Below, one piece after another: positions 1-10,221 of a stretch of 64,000 nt of DNA. Source of the DNA: Aquabacterium sp. Its GTDB lineage: Bacteria; Pseudomonadota; Gammaproteobacteria; Burkholderiales; Burkholderiaceae_C. Location of the stretch: assembly GCF_014378415.1 (NCBI RefSeq), contig NZ_JACMNS010000112.1:15630-79629 (forward strand), written 5' to 3'. Both the position numbers and the translations under genes were made by a program. Numbering within the stretch: the first letter of the stretch is position 1; each line of letters starts with the position of its first letter. The notes below the pieces were generated by a model. The model saw only the letters and a program-made list of their open reading frames with translations. It did not search any database and was not told the DNA's origin.

Positions 1-1
1 G

Positions 2-541
2 CCAGGTGGTCAGATCATTGATGAAAGCCTGGACATCATGAACTGGGCCTTGCAGCAAGCCGACCCACAAGGTTGCTTGCCCCGGAGTGATGACCACCAA
101 GCGACACACGATTTGATCGCGCGCAACGACGGCCCCTTCAAGGTGCTGCTGGACTGCTACAAATACCCCGAGCGGCATCCTGGGCACACGCGCGCCAACT
201 ACCGAAATCAGGCCATTGAGCTGTGCATCCATGACCTGAACCAACGGTTGATTCAAGCGCCCTGCTTGCTGGGCGACAAGCTGTCCCTGGCCGACATGGC
301 CATCGTGCCCTTCATCCGCCAGTTCGCCCAAGTGGACGCCGACTGGTTTGCCGGTGCGCCATTTCCCGCATTGCGGATTTGGCTGAATCAGTGGGTCGAA
401 TCGCCCTTGTTCCATGCGGTGATGGCCAAGCATCCCGTCTGGCAGGCGGGTGATGGGCCGATTCATCTCATTGCCAAGCTTGGGGTCTCTGCGGCACAGC
501 CCAAGCGCCCCGCGACTCAAGCAGCAGACTCTTCACCATGA
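2..541 (+). CDS. Glutathione S-transferase family protein, 5' truncated by window edge
   Basis: Frame is open from base 2 ([17 protein letters not shown], a GST ES-I motif); C-terminal GST helix motif [16 protein letters not shown]. Confidence 0.8.
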   Translation, partial: PGGQIIDESLDIMNWALQQADPQGCLPRSDDHQATHDLIARNDGPFKVLLDCYKYPERHPGHTRANYRNQAIELCIHDLNQRLIQAPCLLGDKLSLADMAIVPFIRQFAQVDADWFAGAPFPALRIWLNQWVESPLFHAVMAKHPVWQAGDGPIHLIAKLGVSAAQPKRPATQAADSSP

Positions 542-1530
542 TTCCTTTTTCCATCCTTGATCTGTCCCCCATCGTCGAAGGCAGCGACGCCGCCCAGTCT
601 TTTCGAAACACGGTGGACCTGGCCCAACATGGTGAGCGCTGGGGCTATCAACGCTTCTGGCTGGCCGAGCACCATGGCATGCCCGGCATTGCCAGCGCCG
701 CCACCGCTGTCCTGATTGGGCACGTGGCCGGGGCCACCTCAACCATCCGTGTCGGCGCCGGCGGCATCATGTTGCCCAACCATTCGCCGCTGGTCATCGC
801 CGAGCAATTTGGCACCCTGGCCTCGTTGTACCCCGGCCGCATCGACTTGGGCCTGGGCCGGGCGCCAGGATCAGACCAAGCCACCGCCCGCGCCTTGCGC
901 CGCAACCTGGGCTCCGACGCCGACGAGTTCCCGCAAGACGTGGTCGAACTGATGGACTATTTGTCGTCCGCGCCCAAGCAAACGGTGCTCGCCGTGCCTG
1001 GCATGGGCCTGACCGTGCCAGTGTGGATATTGGGCTCCAGCCTGTTCGGCGCGCAACTGGCCGCAATGTTGGGCCTGCCTTACGCATTCGCCTCTCACTT
1101 TGCGCCTGCCCAGATGTTGCAGGCCGTGGCCATGTACCGGGCCAACTTCAAGCCCTCGGCGCAGTTGAGCAAGCCGCACGTCATGCTGGGCTTCAACGTG
1201 TTCGCGGCCGACACTGATGAAGAAGGCGCCCTCCTGACCACCTCCATGCAGCAGGCCTTCGTCAACCTGCGCAGCGGCCACCCGTCGCGCCTGCAGCCCC
1301 CGATGGCCGGTTACGCCGACCGCCTCGACCCCACGGCCCGCGCGATGCTGGACCAGGTGCTGTCATGCACAGCGATCGGCTCGCCCGACACAGTGCGTGC
1401 AGCGATGCGCAACTTCATCGAGCGCACCGGCGCTGACGAGCTGATGATCACGTCTCAGATGTTTGACCACGCTGCCCGGCTGCGGTCCTATGAAATCGTG
1501 GCGGAAATCCGGGGCGTGAAGGCGGTTTGA
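538..1530 (+). CDS. LLM-class flavin-dependent oxidoreductase (luciferase-like, YhbW type)
   Basis: FSILDLSP start, [40 protein letters not shown]; ATGA overlap with the GST stop. Confidence 0.9.
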   Translation: MIPFSILDLSPIVEGSDAAQSFRNTVDLAQHGERWGYQRFWLAEHHGMPGIASAATAVLIGHVAGATSTIRVGAGGIMLPNHSPLVIAEQFGTLASLYPGRIDLGLGRAPGSDQATARALRRNLGSDADEFPQDVVELMDYLSSAPKQTVLAVPGMGLTVPVWILGSSLFGAQLAAMLGLPYAFASHFAPAQMLQAVAMYRANFKPSAQLSKPHVMLGFNVFAADTDEEGALLTTSMQQAFVNLRSGHPSRLQPPMAGYADRLDPTARAMLDQVLSCTAIGSPDTVRAAMRNFIERTGADELMITSQMFDHAARLRSYEIVAEIRGVKAV

Positions 1531-1532
1531 AC

Positions 1533-1585
1533 TTATCCACGCCAATCCCCAGCATTTCCCCCGGCTGTCCCCAGAGTTGTCCACA
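1533..1585 (+). promoter_or_regulatory. Cluster of DnaA-box-like 9-mers upstream of dnaB
   Basis: TTATCCACG at 1533-1541 and TTGTCCACA at 1577-1585 are each 1 mismatch from TTATCCACA; degenerate copies at 1543, 1554, 1565. Confidence 0.55.
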
Positions 1586-1620
1586 GGCAGACGACGGCAC
1601 CGCCCGTATCATCTCCCCCC

Positions 1621-3054
1621 ATGTCTGCTGTATTCCCCATTCCCTTTTCCGCCTCGGGCACTTCGGCTTCGCTGAGCTCCGACGAAGTCTCTCGCCTGCG
1701 GGTGCCGCCCCACTCCATCGAGGCCGAACAAAGCGTGTTGGGGGGCCTGCTGCTGGACAACAGCGCCTGGGACCGGGCCGCCGACCTGCTGTCCGAAGAC
1801 GATTTTTACCGCCATGAGCATCAACTGATCTTCAAGGCCATCCACCAGATGATCAACGCGTCCAAGCCGGCCGACGTGATCACGGTGTACGAGAACCTGC
1901 AGAACCTGGGCAAGTCCACAGACATTGGCGGCATCGCCTACCTCAACGCCCTGGCGCAGAGCGTGCCCAGCGCGGCCAACATGCGCCGCTACGCTGAGAT
2001 CGTTCGCGAGCGCGCCGTGCTGCGCAAACTGGTCACCGCCAGCGACGAGATCGCCAGCGCGGCCTTCAGTCCACAAGGCAAGGCTGTGTCGGCCATCCTG
2101 GATGAAGCCGAATCCAAGATCCTGAAGATTGGTGAAGAGGGCAACCGCAACAAGCAGGGCTTCCATTCGATGGACAAGCTGGTGGTCAGCTTGCTCGACC
2201 GCGTGCAGGAATTGGCCGACAACGGCGCCGAAGACGTGACCGGCGTGCGCACCGGCTATGTCGAGATGGACAGCATGACGGCCGGGTTGCAAAAGGGCGA
2301 CCTGATCGTGCTGGCGGCGCGCCCCTCGATGGGTAAAACGGCGTTTGCCTTGAACATTGGTGAGAACGTCGCGGTGAACGAAGGCTTGCCTGTGGCCGTG
2401 TTCTCGATGGAAATGGGCGCCTCGCAATTGGCATTGCGGATGGTCGGCTCCATTGGCCGCATCAACCAGCAAAACCTGCGCACCGGTCGCCTGAGCGATG
2501 ACGAATGGGGCCGCCTGAGCGAAACGGTCGACAAACTCAAGACCGCCAATGTGTTCATCGACGAGACCGCCGCCCTGACATCCAGCGAACTGCGCTCACG
2601 CGCGCGACGCCTGGCACGCCAGTTCGGCGGCACCCTCGGCCTGATCATCGTTGACTACCTGCAACTGATGAGCGGCTCCAGCGGCAACGAAGAAAACCGC
2701 GCCACGGTGATCGGCGAAATCTCGCGGGGCTTGAAGGCCTTGGCCAAGGAACTGCAATGCCCGGTGATCGCGCTGTCGCAGTTGAACCGAAGCGTTGAAA
2801 CCCGCCCCGACAAGCGCCCCATGATGTCCGACTTGCGCGAATCCGGCGCCATTGAGCAAGATGCCGACGTCATCATGTTCATCTACCGCGACGAGTACTA
2901 CAACAAAGAATCGAAAGAGCCCGGCGTGGCCGAGATCATCATCGGCAAGCAGCGTAACGGGCCCGTGGGCACCGTCAAGCTGGCCTTCGTGAAATCCAAC
3001 ACCCGGTTCGAAAACCTGGCGCCGGGCAGCTACAGCAACAGCAGCGAATACTGA
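1621..3054 (+). CDS. dnaB: Replicative DNA helicase
   Basis: PPHSIEAEQSVLG, Walker A ARPSMGKT, DYLQLM, LSQLNR, SDLRESGAIEQDAD; 477 aa, no intein. Confidence 0.98.
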   Translation: MSAVFPIPFSASGTSASLSSDEVSRLRVPPHSIEAEQSVLGGLLLDNSAWDRAADLLSEDDFYRHEHQLIFKAIHQMINASKPADVITVYENLQNLGKSTDIGGIAYLNALAQSVPSAANMRRYAEIVRERAVLRKLVTASDEIASAAFSPQGKAVSAILDEAESKILKIGEEGNRNKQGFHSMDKLVVSLLDRVQELADNGAEDVTGVRTGYVEMDSMTAGLQKGDLIVLAARPSMGKTAFALNIGENVAVNEGLPVAVFSMEMGASQLALRMVGSIGRINQQNLRTGRLSDDEWGRLSETVDKLKTANVFIDETAALTSSELRSRARRLARQFGGTLGLIIVDYLQLMSGSSGNEENRATVIGEISRGLKALAKELQCPVIALSQLNRSVETRPDKRPMMSDLRESGAIEQDADVIMFIYRDEYYNKESKEPGVAEIIIGKQRNGPVGTVKLAFVKSNTRFENLAPGSYSNSSEY

Positions 3055-5508
3055 TCAGCGAAACAGCCCCTTGAGCTGATCCTTCAGTTGCTTTTCAAGA
3101 GACCCGGCGGGCTTGGCGGGCGCACTCGCGCCTGACGCGACCGGGGCCAGACCCAACCTGGCCTTGAGCTCGTCTTCCAGCCTGGACTTCACCGTGTTCT
3201 GCAAGGTCCCCACGGCGACCTGCGACCACGCGATCTGCCAGTCGGGTGCGTCAAACGGCCCCTTCAGCTTGACCGGCACCGTGACGCCACTCAAGGCATC
3301 GGCACCCACACCACCCTGCCCCTTGATCGTGCCCGTGACGGTCGCGCTGACGGTGTAATCCAACTGGCGCGCGACCAGGTTGATGTCACCCCGCCCGCCC
3401 AAGCGCAGGAACGGGCTCTTGGCCACCAGGTCGTCGTTGCGGGCCACGCCGTTCGTGATCTTGAAGGTGCCCGTCAGCTCGGTGAAATCGGTCTTCTCCG
3501 ATTGCGATGCACGCTGGACGGCATCGCCTTGCCCAGACAACTGCGCTTTGAATTCACGCAATGACTTGGCCAGGTTGATGCCACGCACCGCGCCATCGCG
3601 CAATTGCAGGGCCGCCGAGCCATTGAGCCCGGCCACCAGTTGAGACAACTTGCTGCCGGCGGTTTGCACATTGAGCTTGACCTGGCCAGTGCCTTCCAAC
3701 ACGTCTTTCTGGGCCACGTCTTTGAGCATGGCCAGGATGTTGATGCCCTCAGCCTGCGCTTGAAGGGCCAGGCGCTGCGGCGCGGCATCGGCCGAACCAC
3801 TGGCGACCACGCGCCCGCCCCAGGCTTTCGCTGACAAGCTGGACAGGTTCAGGTGCCCCTTGTCCAGGGTCGCGTTCAATTCGGCGTCGGCCAACTTGTA
3901 TTGGCGGTAGACCAGCGTGCCCGCACTGAACTTGAACTGGCCATCGATGGCTTTCAAGGCACTCAAATCGACGGGCGCATCAGGTGCGCCACCGGCGGGC
4001 GCGGCAGGGGCCGAAGCCGACGCCGATCCGCCAGCCGGCACTGGCATCAAACGGTTCAAATCCAAGGCGGTGAAGCGGGCACTGGCCTGCACCTGCGGCA
4101 CGCCCGTGCCCAGCTTCGCTGTGCCATCCGACAAGAAGGGATTGGCATTGACCTGCCCCTTCAAGGCCCATTGCGCGGCACCGCCCGGCGACATGGCCGC
4201 CCGGCCATCCATTTGAATCACCAAGGGCTGCAGCGAGGGCTCCTGGATGCGGGCCTGCAGGTGCAAAGCCTCCAGGGCCCCGGCGGCCTGTGCCGGTTGC
4301 GCCGACACATTGGCGGACAACTGCCCCACCACATCCCGCTGACCACCTTGCCCGGCCATGCTCACCTTGAAATCAACCTTCAGGCCCGGCACCTTGATCG
4401 CCGAGAAACCGCCCGTGGGTGATTGGCTGGCGAACTGCGCCTCCACCGCCATTGGCCCGGCCAGCTTGAACTGCCCCTGCAGCGGGCTGCCCTTGAGCTG
4501 ATCGCCCTTGACATCCAGCTCGGACCAATCCAGTTTGAAGCTCAAGGCGTGCCCGTCCTGCTGGCCTGTCAAGGCCACGGCCAGCTGGCTCACGGCCATC
4601 AACTGCTGAGCAGGATCGTAGGCAAAGGCATCGACGCTGACCCGGCTCTTGTCCAGCACCAGGGCTGGCTTGCCCAGCTGGCCACCGACCTGCCCCGACA
4701 CCTCGGCCACCAGCGCACGGGCCTGGAGCGAGGCATGCTCGCCATCCCACGCCACCGCGCCTTCCAACCCGGCCTGCAAGGCCCGCACGCCCGGCACATC
4801 GCCTTGCAAGGACAGCTTGATCTGATCAACATCGGCCGAACCGGTGGCCAGCCTGGGCGTGAGGCGGAACGTGCCCTTCAGAGCACCTTTGGCGGCCTGC
4901 GGCTGGCTCAGATCGAACGCGACGTCCAACTTGAAGTCCGAGGGCACGCCATCGGACAAGCGACCACTGCTCAGGCTGTTCACCGTCAAAGCGCCGGTCA
5001 GGCCGGTCTTGACATCCTGCACCTTGGCTTGCACCTGCTCCAGCTGGATGCCCGCCACATCAAACTGCAAGGGATCGGACGGCGCTCCGGGCGGCTGCGC
5101 TTGTTCGTCCTTTTTCAGCAGATCATCAATGTTGGCACGGCCTTGGGCATCGCGCCACAGGCTCAGCCGCACGCCTTTTGCGCTGACCTGATCAATCACG
5201 AGTTGCCGCTTGAGCAAGGGCATCACATTGACCGACAACTCCAGCTCGTCCACGGCCAGGAACTCTTCGGCACGCTGGTGTTCGCTCAGGCTGACCTTGG
5301 CCAGCTTGAGCCGCAATTTGGGGAAGACCTTCAACACCATGGGCGCCCCAATCACCAGGGTGCGCTGCTGCTTGGTCTGCACCCAATCGACCAGCAAGCC
5401 TTTGTAGCGGTTGGGATCAAAGGTGGCCAGCAGGTAGGCGGTCAGGCCCGCCAGGCTCAATACCACCACGCCAAATGCGAGGGCCAGACGACGCATCCAA
5501 AGTTGCAT
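3055..5508 (-). CDS. AsmA family protein
   Basis: N-terminal TM segment then FDPNRYK..V...QR.L.I; C-terminal AsmA motifs G.RGINLA, F.I.NGVARNDDL, VPVKLKGPFD.P; start taken as ATG 5508. Confidence 0.85.
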   Translation of the reverse strand: MQLWMRRLALAFGVVVLSLAGLTAYLLATFDPNRYKGLLVDWVQTKQQRTLVIGAPMVLKVFPKLRLKLAKVSLSEHQRAEEFLAVDELELSVNVMPLLKRQLVIDQVSAKGVRLSLWRDAQGRANIDDLLKKDEQAQPPGAPSDPLQFDVAGIQLEQVQAKVQDVKTGLTGALTVNSLSSGRLSDGVPSDFKLDVAFDLSQPQAAKGALKGTFRLTPRLATGSADVDQIKLSLQGDVPGVRALQAGLEGAVAWDGEHASLQARALVAEVSGQVGGQLGKPALVLDKSRVSVDAFAYDPAQQLMAVSQLAVALTGQQDGHALSFKLDWSELDVKGDQLKGSPLQGQFKLAGPMAVEAQFASQSPTGGFSAIKVPGLKVDFKVSMAGQGGQRDVVGQLSANVSAQPAQAAGALEALHLQARIQEPSLQPLVIQMDGRAAMSPGGAAQWALKGQVNANPFLSDGTAKLGTGVPQVQASARFTALDLNRLMPVPAGGSASASAPAAPAGGAPDAPVDLSALKAIDGQFKFSAGTLVYRQYKLADAELNATLDKGHLNLSSLSAKAWGGRVVASGSADAAPQRLALQAQAEGINILAMLKDVAQKDVLEGTGQVKLNVQTAGSKLSQLVAGLNGSAALQLRDGAVRGINLAKSLREFKAQLSGQGDAVQRASQSEKTDFTELTGTFKITNGVARNDDLVAKSPFLRLGGRGDINLVARQLDYTVSATVTGTIKGQGGVGADALSGVTVPVKLKGPFDAPDWQIAWSQVAVGTLQNTVKSRLEDELKARLGLAPVASGASAPAKPAGSLEKQLKDQLKGLFR

Positions 5509-5518
5509 CAACGACGGC

Positions 5519-6214
5519 TCAGTCGCGGTCGCCGCCCACAAAGCCGAGGATGCTCAGCAGCGACTGGAACACGTTGTACACGTCCAGGTAGATCGCCAGG
5601 GTGGCCGAGACGTAGTTGGTCTCGCCGCCATCAATGATGCGCTTGAGGTCGTACAGCATGAAGGCGGAGAAGATCACCACCGACATGGCCGCCACCGTCA
5701 GCATCAACGCGGGCAATTGCAGCCAAATGTTGGCCACACCGGCCAGCAACAGCACGATCACACCCATGAACAGCCATTTGCCCATGCTGGAGATGTCGCG
5801 CTTCATGGTGCTGGCCAAGGTGGCCATGCCCACGAACACCAGAGCGGTGCCGCCAAAAGCGAACGAGATCAGTTGCACGCCATTGGAAAAGCCCAGCACC
5901 GCGCCAATCAGGCGCGACAGCATCAGGCCCATGAAGAAGGTGAAGCCCAGCAGCAGCAAAACGCCCACGCCAGAATCCTTGAACTTCTCAATGCCATAGA
6001 AGAAGCCGAAAGCAATCGCCATGAAGGCGACAAAGCCGATCATGGGATTGGCCGCGAACAGGCTGAAGTTCATGGCCACGCCCAACCAGGCGCCCAGCAC
6101 CGTCGGGATCATCGACAAGGCCAGCAAGGCGTAGGTGTTGCGCAGCACGCGCTGGCGCTCGGCGCCGAAGGCACCGCTGTAGGCCACGTCCAGGGGTTTC
6201 AATGATTGGTCCAT
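5519..6214 (-). CDS. yccA: Bax inhibitor-1/YccA family membrane protein
   Basis: VLRNTYALLAL, about 7 hydrophobic segments, GGETNYVSATLAIYLDVYNVF; GGAGG SD before ATG 6214. Confidence 0.9.
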   Translation of the reverse strand: MDQSLKPLDVAYSGAFGAERQRVLRNTYALLALSMIPTVLGAWLGVAMNFSLFAANPMIGFVAFMAIAFGFFYGIEKFKDSGVGVLLLLGFTFFMGLMLSRLIGAVLGFSNGVQLISFAFGGTALVFVGMATLASTMKRDISSMGKWLFMGVIVLLLAGVANIWLQLPALMLTVAAMSVVIFSAFMLYDLKRIIDGGETNYVSATLAIYLDVYNVFQSLLSILGFVGGDRD

Positions 6215-6257
6215 GCTTCCTCCAAAAAATCCGGTCTCGTTCAGAGACCACGCTTTG

Positions 6258-6263
6258 ATTCTA
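6258..6263 (-). promoter_or_regulatory. Putative sigma70 -10 (TAGAAT) for yccA
   Basis: TAGAAT on the minus strand about 45 nt above the start codon. Confidence 0.45.
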
Positions 6264-6316
6264 AATCTCCGCCGCCGGACGGGTCCAAAACCCAAATAAC
6301 CCGACCTTGCTCAAGG

Positions 6317-7159
6317 TCAAATGCCGACTGAACGACGGCGCAATGACTCGTAAAAGCAAACGGCAGCGGCAGCGGCCACATTGAGGGACTCCTCACCGCC
6401 CGGCTGAGGAATCGACACCGTGTGGGCGCACAGCGCCATGACTTCCGCCCCCACGCCCTGCCCTTCATGCCCCAGAACCCAGGCGCAAGGCTCGGGCAAA
6501 GGTGCGCGGGGCAGCTCATGGTCCGCGTGGGAGCTGGTGGCCACCATGGGCACCAACAAACCCGCCAGGTGCTCAGGCAAGGCCTGTTCCACCAGGTGCA
6601 AGGCAAAGTGGGCGCCCATGCCGGCCCGCAGCACCTTGGGCGACCACAAGGCGGCCGTCCCCTTCATGGCAACCACCTGAGACACGCCCAAGGCCGAAGC
6701 GCTGCGCAAGATGCTGCCCACATTGCCGGCGTCTTGCACGCGGTCCAGCACCACCGTGGGCACCCCCGCACGCACTTCCGACGTGGCCTGGCCGTCGCCC
6801 AACAAGGGCGTTTGCACCAGGAAACCCAAGCGCGCCGGTGACTCCAGCCCAGTGAAAACTTTCCAGATCGACTCAGGCAGCACCATCACCTTGTCGGCCT
6901 GGCGCGCCAGCGTTGTCAGCTTGTAGGCCAGCGGATCACCACCATTGCCCAGGCCATGCTCGCCCAGCCAGGCGGTGTCGGCAACCACCGCCACAGCGGC
7001 CTTCTTGCCACGGGCCAGGTAGGCGGAGCACAGGTGATCCCCCTCCAGCCACACTTCACCCAGCTTGCGGTAAGCGGCCGGATCCTGCGCCAGCTTGCGC
7101 AGACGCTGCACCAAAGGGTTGTCACGCGAAGTGATCAGCTGCACGTTGGCGGGCATCAT
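6317..7159 (-). CDS. TrmH/SpoU family RNA methyltransferase
   Basis: ITSRDNP start, [39 protein letters not shown] motifs. Confidence 0.92.
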   Translation of the reverse strand: MMPANVQLITSRDNPLVQRLRKLAQDPAAYRKLGEVWLEGDHLCSAYLARGKKAAVAVVADTAWLGEHGLGNGGDPLAYKLTTLARQADKVMVLPESIWKVFTGLESPARLGFLVQTPLLGDGQATSEVRAGVPTVVLDRVQDAGNVGSILRSASALGVSQVVAMKGTAALWSPKVLRAGMGAHFALHLVEQALPEHLAGLLVPMVATSSHADHELPRAPLPEPCAWVLGHEGQGVGAEVMALCAHTVSIPQPGGEESLNVAAAAAVCFYESLRRRSVGI

Positions 7160-7797
7160 GGCTCAGACCTGGCCGTCAAATCGAGCACCGCCCTGACCGG
7201 GGCAAAGCTGCGGCGATGTGCATCAATGGCGCCATGCTCACGCAAGGCGGCCAGGTGGTCCGCCGTGGGATAGCCCTTGTGCTGGTCAAAACCATACTGC
7301 GGATGCGCTTCATGGAGTTGCAGGCACAGGCGATCGCGGTAAACCTTGGCCAGGATGGAAGCCGCTGAAATGGCCTGCACCTTGTCATCGCCTTTGACGA
7401 TGGCCTCGGCGGGCACCTTGAGCACGGGAATGCGGTTGCCATCGACCAGCACCAAGCCAGGCTTGAGGCGCAGGCCTTCCACGGCGCGCTTCATGGCCAG
7501 CATCGTGGCATGCAGGATGTTGAGCTGGTCGATCTCTTCAACGCTGGCTTCGGCAATGCAGCAGCACAGCGCCTTGGCCCGGATCTCGTCAAACAAACGC
7601 TCGCGCTGGCGGGCCGTGAGCTTCTTGGAGTCAGCCAGGCCTTTGATCGGTTGCTGGTCGTCCAGGATGACGGCGGCGGCCACGACAGGCCCGGCCAGGG
7701 GGCCGCGGCCGGCTTCATCCACACCGGCCATCAGGGTGGGCACTTGCCACTGCAGGCCCAATTGTTGCGGTTCGGTGGGTTGCTTCGACTTAGGCAC
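7156..7797 (-). CDS. rnhB: Ribonuclease HII
   Basis: [46 protein letters not shown]; GTG start 7797 overlapping the lpxB stop. Confidence 0.96.
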   Translation of the reverse strand: MPKSKQPTEPQQLGLQWQVPTLMAGVDEAGRGPLAGPVVAAAVILDDQQPIKGLADSKKLTARQRERLFDEIRAKALCCCIAEASVEEIDQLNILHATMLAMKRAVEGLRLKPGLVLVDGNRIPVLKVPAEAIVKGDDKVQAISAASILAKVYRDRLCLQLHEAHPQYGFDQHKGYPTADHLAALREHGAIDAHRRSFAPVRAVLDLTARSEP

Positions 7798-8953
7798 GGC
7801 GGCCGTCCTCCAGGATTTGGGCGATGGCCTCGCTGGCACAACGGGCGGTATCACGTCGCAAGGTGTGGTGGAGCTCAATGAAGCGCTGGCGCACCGCCAA
7901 TGCCTTGGCCGGATGGTCCAGCCAATCCAGCACATCAGAAGCCAGTTGCTGGGGGGTGGCCGCGTCTTGAAGGCGCTCGGGCACCACGAAATCTTTCAAC
8001 AAAATATTGGGTAAACCCACCCAGGGCAGGTAGCCCAGGCGCTTCATCAGTTGCCAACTCAAGCCACTGACGCGGTAGGCGATCACCATGGGGCGCTTGA
8101 ACAGCGCGGCCTCCAGCGTGGCCGTGCCACTGGCAATCAAGGTCACGTCGCAGGCCGCCAAGGCCTCGTGCGAGCGGCCTTCCAGCAACTGGATGTTGGC
8201 ATGGGGCGCGTACTGGGCCACCAAAGGCAGCACCATGTCCCGCAAGCTGGGCACCACCGGCATCACAAAACGCATGTCGGGCCGCTGGTGACTCAATTCG
8301 GTCACGGTCTGCAGAAACACGGGCGCGATGTGCTGGATCTCGGAGCGGCGACTGCCGGGCAACACCGCCAGCACCGGCGCATCCAGGGGCAAGCCCAGGC
8401 TCTGGCGGCTGGCCTCGCAAGGCGGCTCCATCGGGATAGCATCGGCCAGCGGATGCCCCACGTAAGTGGCTGGGATGTTTTTGGCCGCGTACAGCTCGGG
8501 CTCGAACGGGAACATGCACAGCATGTGGTCGGTGGACTGGGCAATCTTGTTGATGCGCTTGCCCCGCCATGCCCAGATCGACGGGCTCACGAAATGAACC
8601 GTCTTGATGCCCTGGGCCTTCAAGCGAGCCTCCAGCCCGAAATTGAAATCCGGCGCATCCACGCCAATGAACACATCCGGGCGCTGCGCCAAAAGGCGGT
8701 CACCCAGTTGCCGACGGATGCCGGACAGTTCGCGGTAATGACGCAGCGCATCGACAAATCCGAAAACGGCCAGCTTCTCACAGGGCCACCAGGCCTCGAA
8801 GCCCTGCGCCACCATGCGGGGGCCGCCGATGCCCATGGCACTCAGCTCGGGCCACCGCGCCTTCAGACCCCCCATCAGCAAGCCGGCCAGCAAGTCACCC
8901 GAGACCTCGCCTGCCACCATGGCCACCTTCGGCCCAGATCCAGCAGTCATCAA
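7790..8953 (-). CDS. lpxB: Lipid-A-disaccharide synthase
   Basis: [46 protein letters not shown]. Confidence 0.96.
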   Translation of the reverse strand: MMTAGSGPKVAMVAGEVSGDLLAGLLMGGLKARWPELSAMGIGGPRMVAQGFEAWWPCEKLAVFGFVDALRHYRELSGIRRQLGDRLLAQRPDVFIGVDAPDFNFGLEARLKAQGIKTVHFVSPSIWAWRGKRINKIAQSTDHMLCMFPFEPELYAAKNIPATYVGHPLADAIPMEPPCEASRQSLGLPLDAPVLAVLPGSRRSEIQHIAPVFLQTVTELSHQRPDMRFVMPVVPSLRDMVLPLVAQYAPHANIQLLEGRSHEALAACDVTLIASGTATLEAALFKRPMVIAYRVSGLSWQLMKRLGYLPWVGLPNILLKDFVVPERLQDAATPQQLASDVLDWLDHPAKALAVRQRFIELHHTLRRDTARCASEAIAQILEDGRRA

Positions 8954-8971
8954 TCGGCTCCAGGGGTGCGC

Positions 8972-9760
8972 TCAGCGCACGATGCCGCGGGTGGACGCCA
9001 TCAGGAAGTTGATCATCAAATCAACGTCCTGCTTGACTTCGGGATGGGTGTCTGCCAACTCGGCGATGCGGCCCTTGGCTTCCTCAAGCGTCAGGTCCTG
9101 GCGGTACAAAGCCCGGTGCATTTCCTTGACCGCCTTGAGCCGCTCGGGGCTGAAACCACGGCGGCGCAATCCTTCAAGATTGACGCCACGGACCTCGGCC
9201 ATGTTGCCCTGGGCCATCACGAAAGGTGGCAAATCCTGGCCCAAAGCCGTCGCCATGCTGGTCATGGCATGGGCGCCAATCTTGACGAACTGGTGCACAC
9301 AGGTGAAGCCCCCCAGGATGACCCAATCACCCACATGCACGTGGCCCGCAATGTGCGCGTTGTTGGCAAAGATGGTGTGGTTGCCGACCTGGCAATCGTG
9401 CGCCAGGTGGGTGTAGGCCATCATCCAGTTGTCATGGCCCAAGCGCGTGATGCCTTCATCCTGGGCCGTGCCCACGTTAAAGGTGCTGAACTCGCGGATG
9501 GTGTTGCGGTCGCCAATCACCAGTTGGGTGGGCTCGTCGGCGTACTTCTTGTCTTGTGGACTGCCGCCCAGCGAGGCGAACTGAAAGATCCGGTTGTCGC
9601 GGCCTAACGTGGTGTGGCCCTCAATCACGCAATGCGGGCCCACGGTCGTGCCTTCGTCAATGCGAACGTGGGGGCCGATCACTGTGTAAGGGCCAACGCT
9701 GACCATGTCGCCCAGTTGCGCCTGGGGATCGACCAGCGCGGTGGGATGAATGCTCGCCAT
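8972..9760 (-). CDS. lpxA: UDP-N-acetylglucosamine acyltransferase
   Basis: IHPTALVD start, hexapeptide repeats, [25 protein letters not shown]. Confidence 0.97.
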   Translation of the reverse strand: MASIHPTALVDPQAQLGDMVSVGPYTVIGPHVRIDEGTTVGPHCVIEGHTTLGRDNRIFQFASLGGSPQDKKYADEPTQLVIGDRNTIREFSTFNVGTAQDEGITRLGHDNWMMAYTHLAHDCQVGNHTIFANNAHIAGHVHVGDWVILGGFTCVHQFVKIGAHAMTSMATALGQDLPPFVMAQGNMAEVRGVNLEGLRRRGFSPERLKAVKEMHRALYRQDLTLEEAKGRIAELADTHPEVKQDVDLMINFLMASTRGIVR

Positions 9761-9777
9761 GTTGCTGCGCCCTCGCC

Positions 9778-10221
9778 TCAACCCACCGTGCGCTGCGTGC
9801 ACATCAGTTGCGCCTCGACGGCCAGCTCATCACCCACCCAGCCTTTGGCATTGAACTTGTAGATGCCCGCCCGGTGGCGGTCAATCGTCACGTCGAGGAT
9901 CAACTGGTCGCCAGGCTCCACAGGCCGCTTGAAGCGGGCGTTGTCGATGCCTACGAAGTAATACACCATTTTCTCGTCTGTACTGGCGCCAATGCCCTCG
10001 AAGGCCAGGATGCCCGCGGCTTGTGCCAAGGCTTCCAGCATCATCACGCCGGGCATCACCGGTCGGCCCGGAAAATGGCCTTGGAAGAAAGGCTCATTGA
10101 AGGTCACGTTCTTGACCGCGCGAATGCGCACGTTCTTTTCAATTTCCAGCACGCGGTCCACCAAGAGCATGGGATAGCGGTGCGGGAGCTTTTCAAGAAT
10201 CTTGTGGATGTCCATCATCAT
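9778..10221 (-). CDS. fabZ: 3-hydroxyacyl-ACP dehydratase
   Basis: [42 protein letters not shown]. Confidence 0.97.
   Translation of the reverse strand: MMMDIHKILEKLPHRYPMLLVDRVLEIEKNVRIRAVKNVTFNEPFFQGHFPGRPVMPGVMMLEALAQAAGILAFEGIGASTDEKMVYYFVGIDNARFKRPVEPGDQLILDVTIDRHRAGIYKFNAKGWVGDELAVEAQLMCTQRTVG

Noticed and set aside
1531-1620. Possible replication origin at the DnaA-box cluster
   Set aside because: Only 90 bp and C-rich, with no AT-rich unwinding element; a regulatory or titration role fits better
1621-3054. Intein in DnaB
   Set aside because: Length (477 aa) and contiguous motifs leave no room for an insertion
4423-5637. 404-aa plus-strand ORF antisense to asmA
   Set aside because: Shadow ORF of a GC-rich coding strand; no recognisable motifs, and the opposite strand holds a clear gene
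8900-8925. LpxB GEVSGD instead of GEASGD
   Set aside because: Conservative change that I recall from other functional LpxB proteins
8051-9607. 518-aa ORF antisense to lpxB/lpxA, and similar long antisense ORFs (22425-23792, 28070-29218, 32587-33795, 36897-37946, 57501-58772)
   Set aside because: All mirror well-supported genes and show the His/Gln/Val/Gly-rich composition typical of reverse-frame translation
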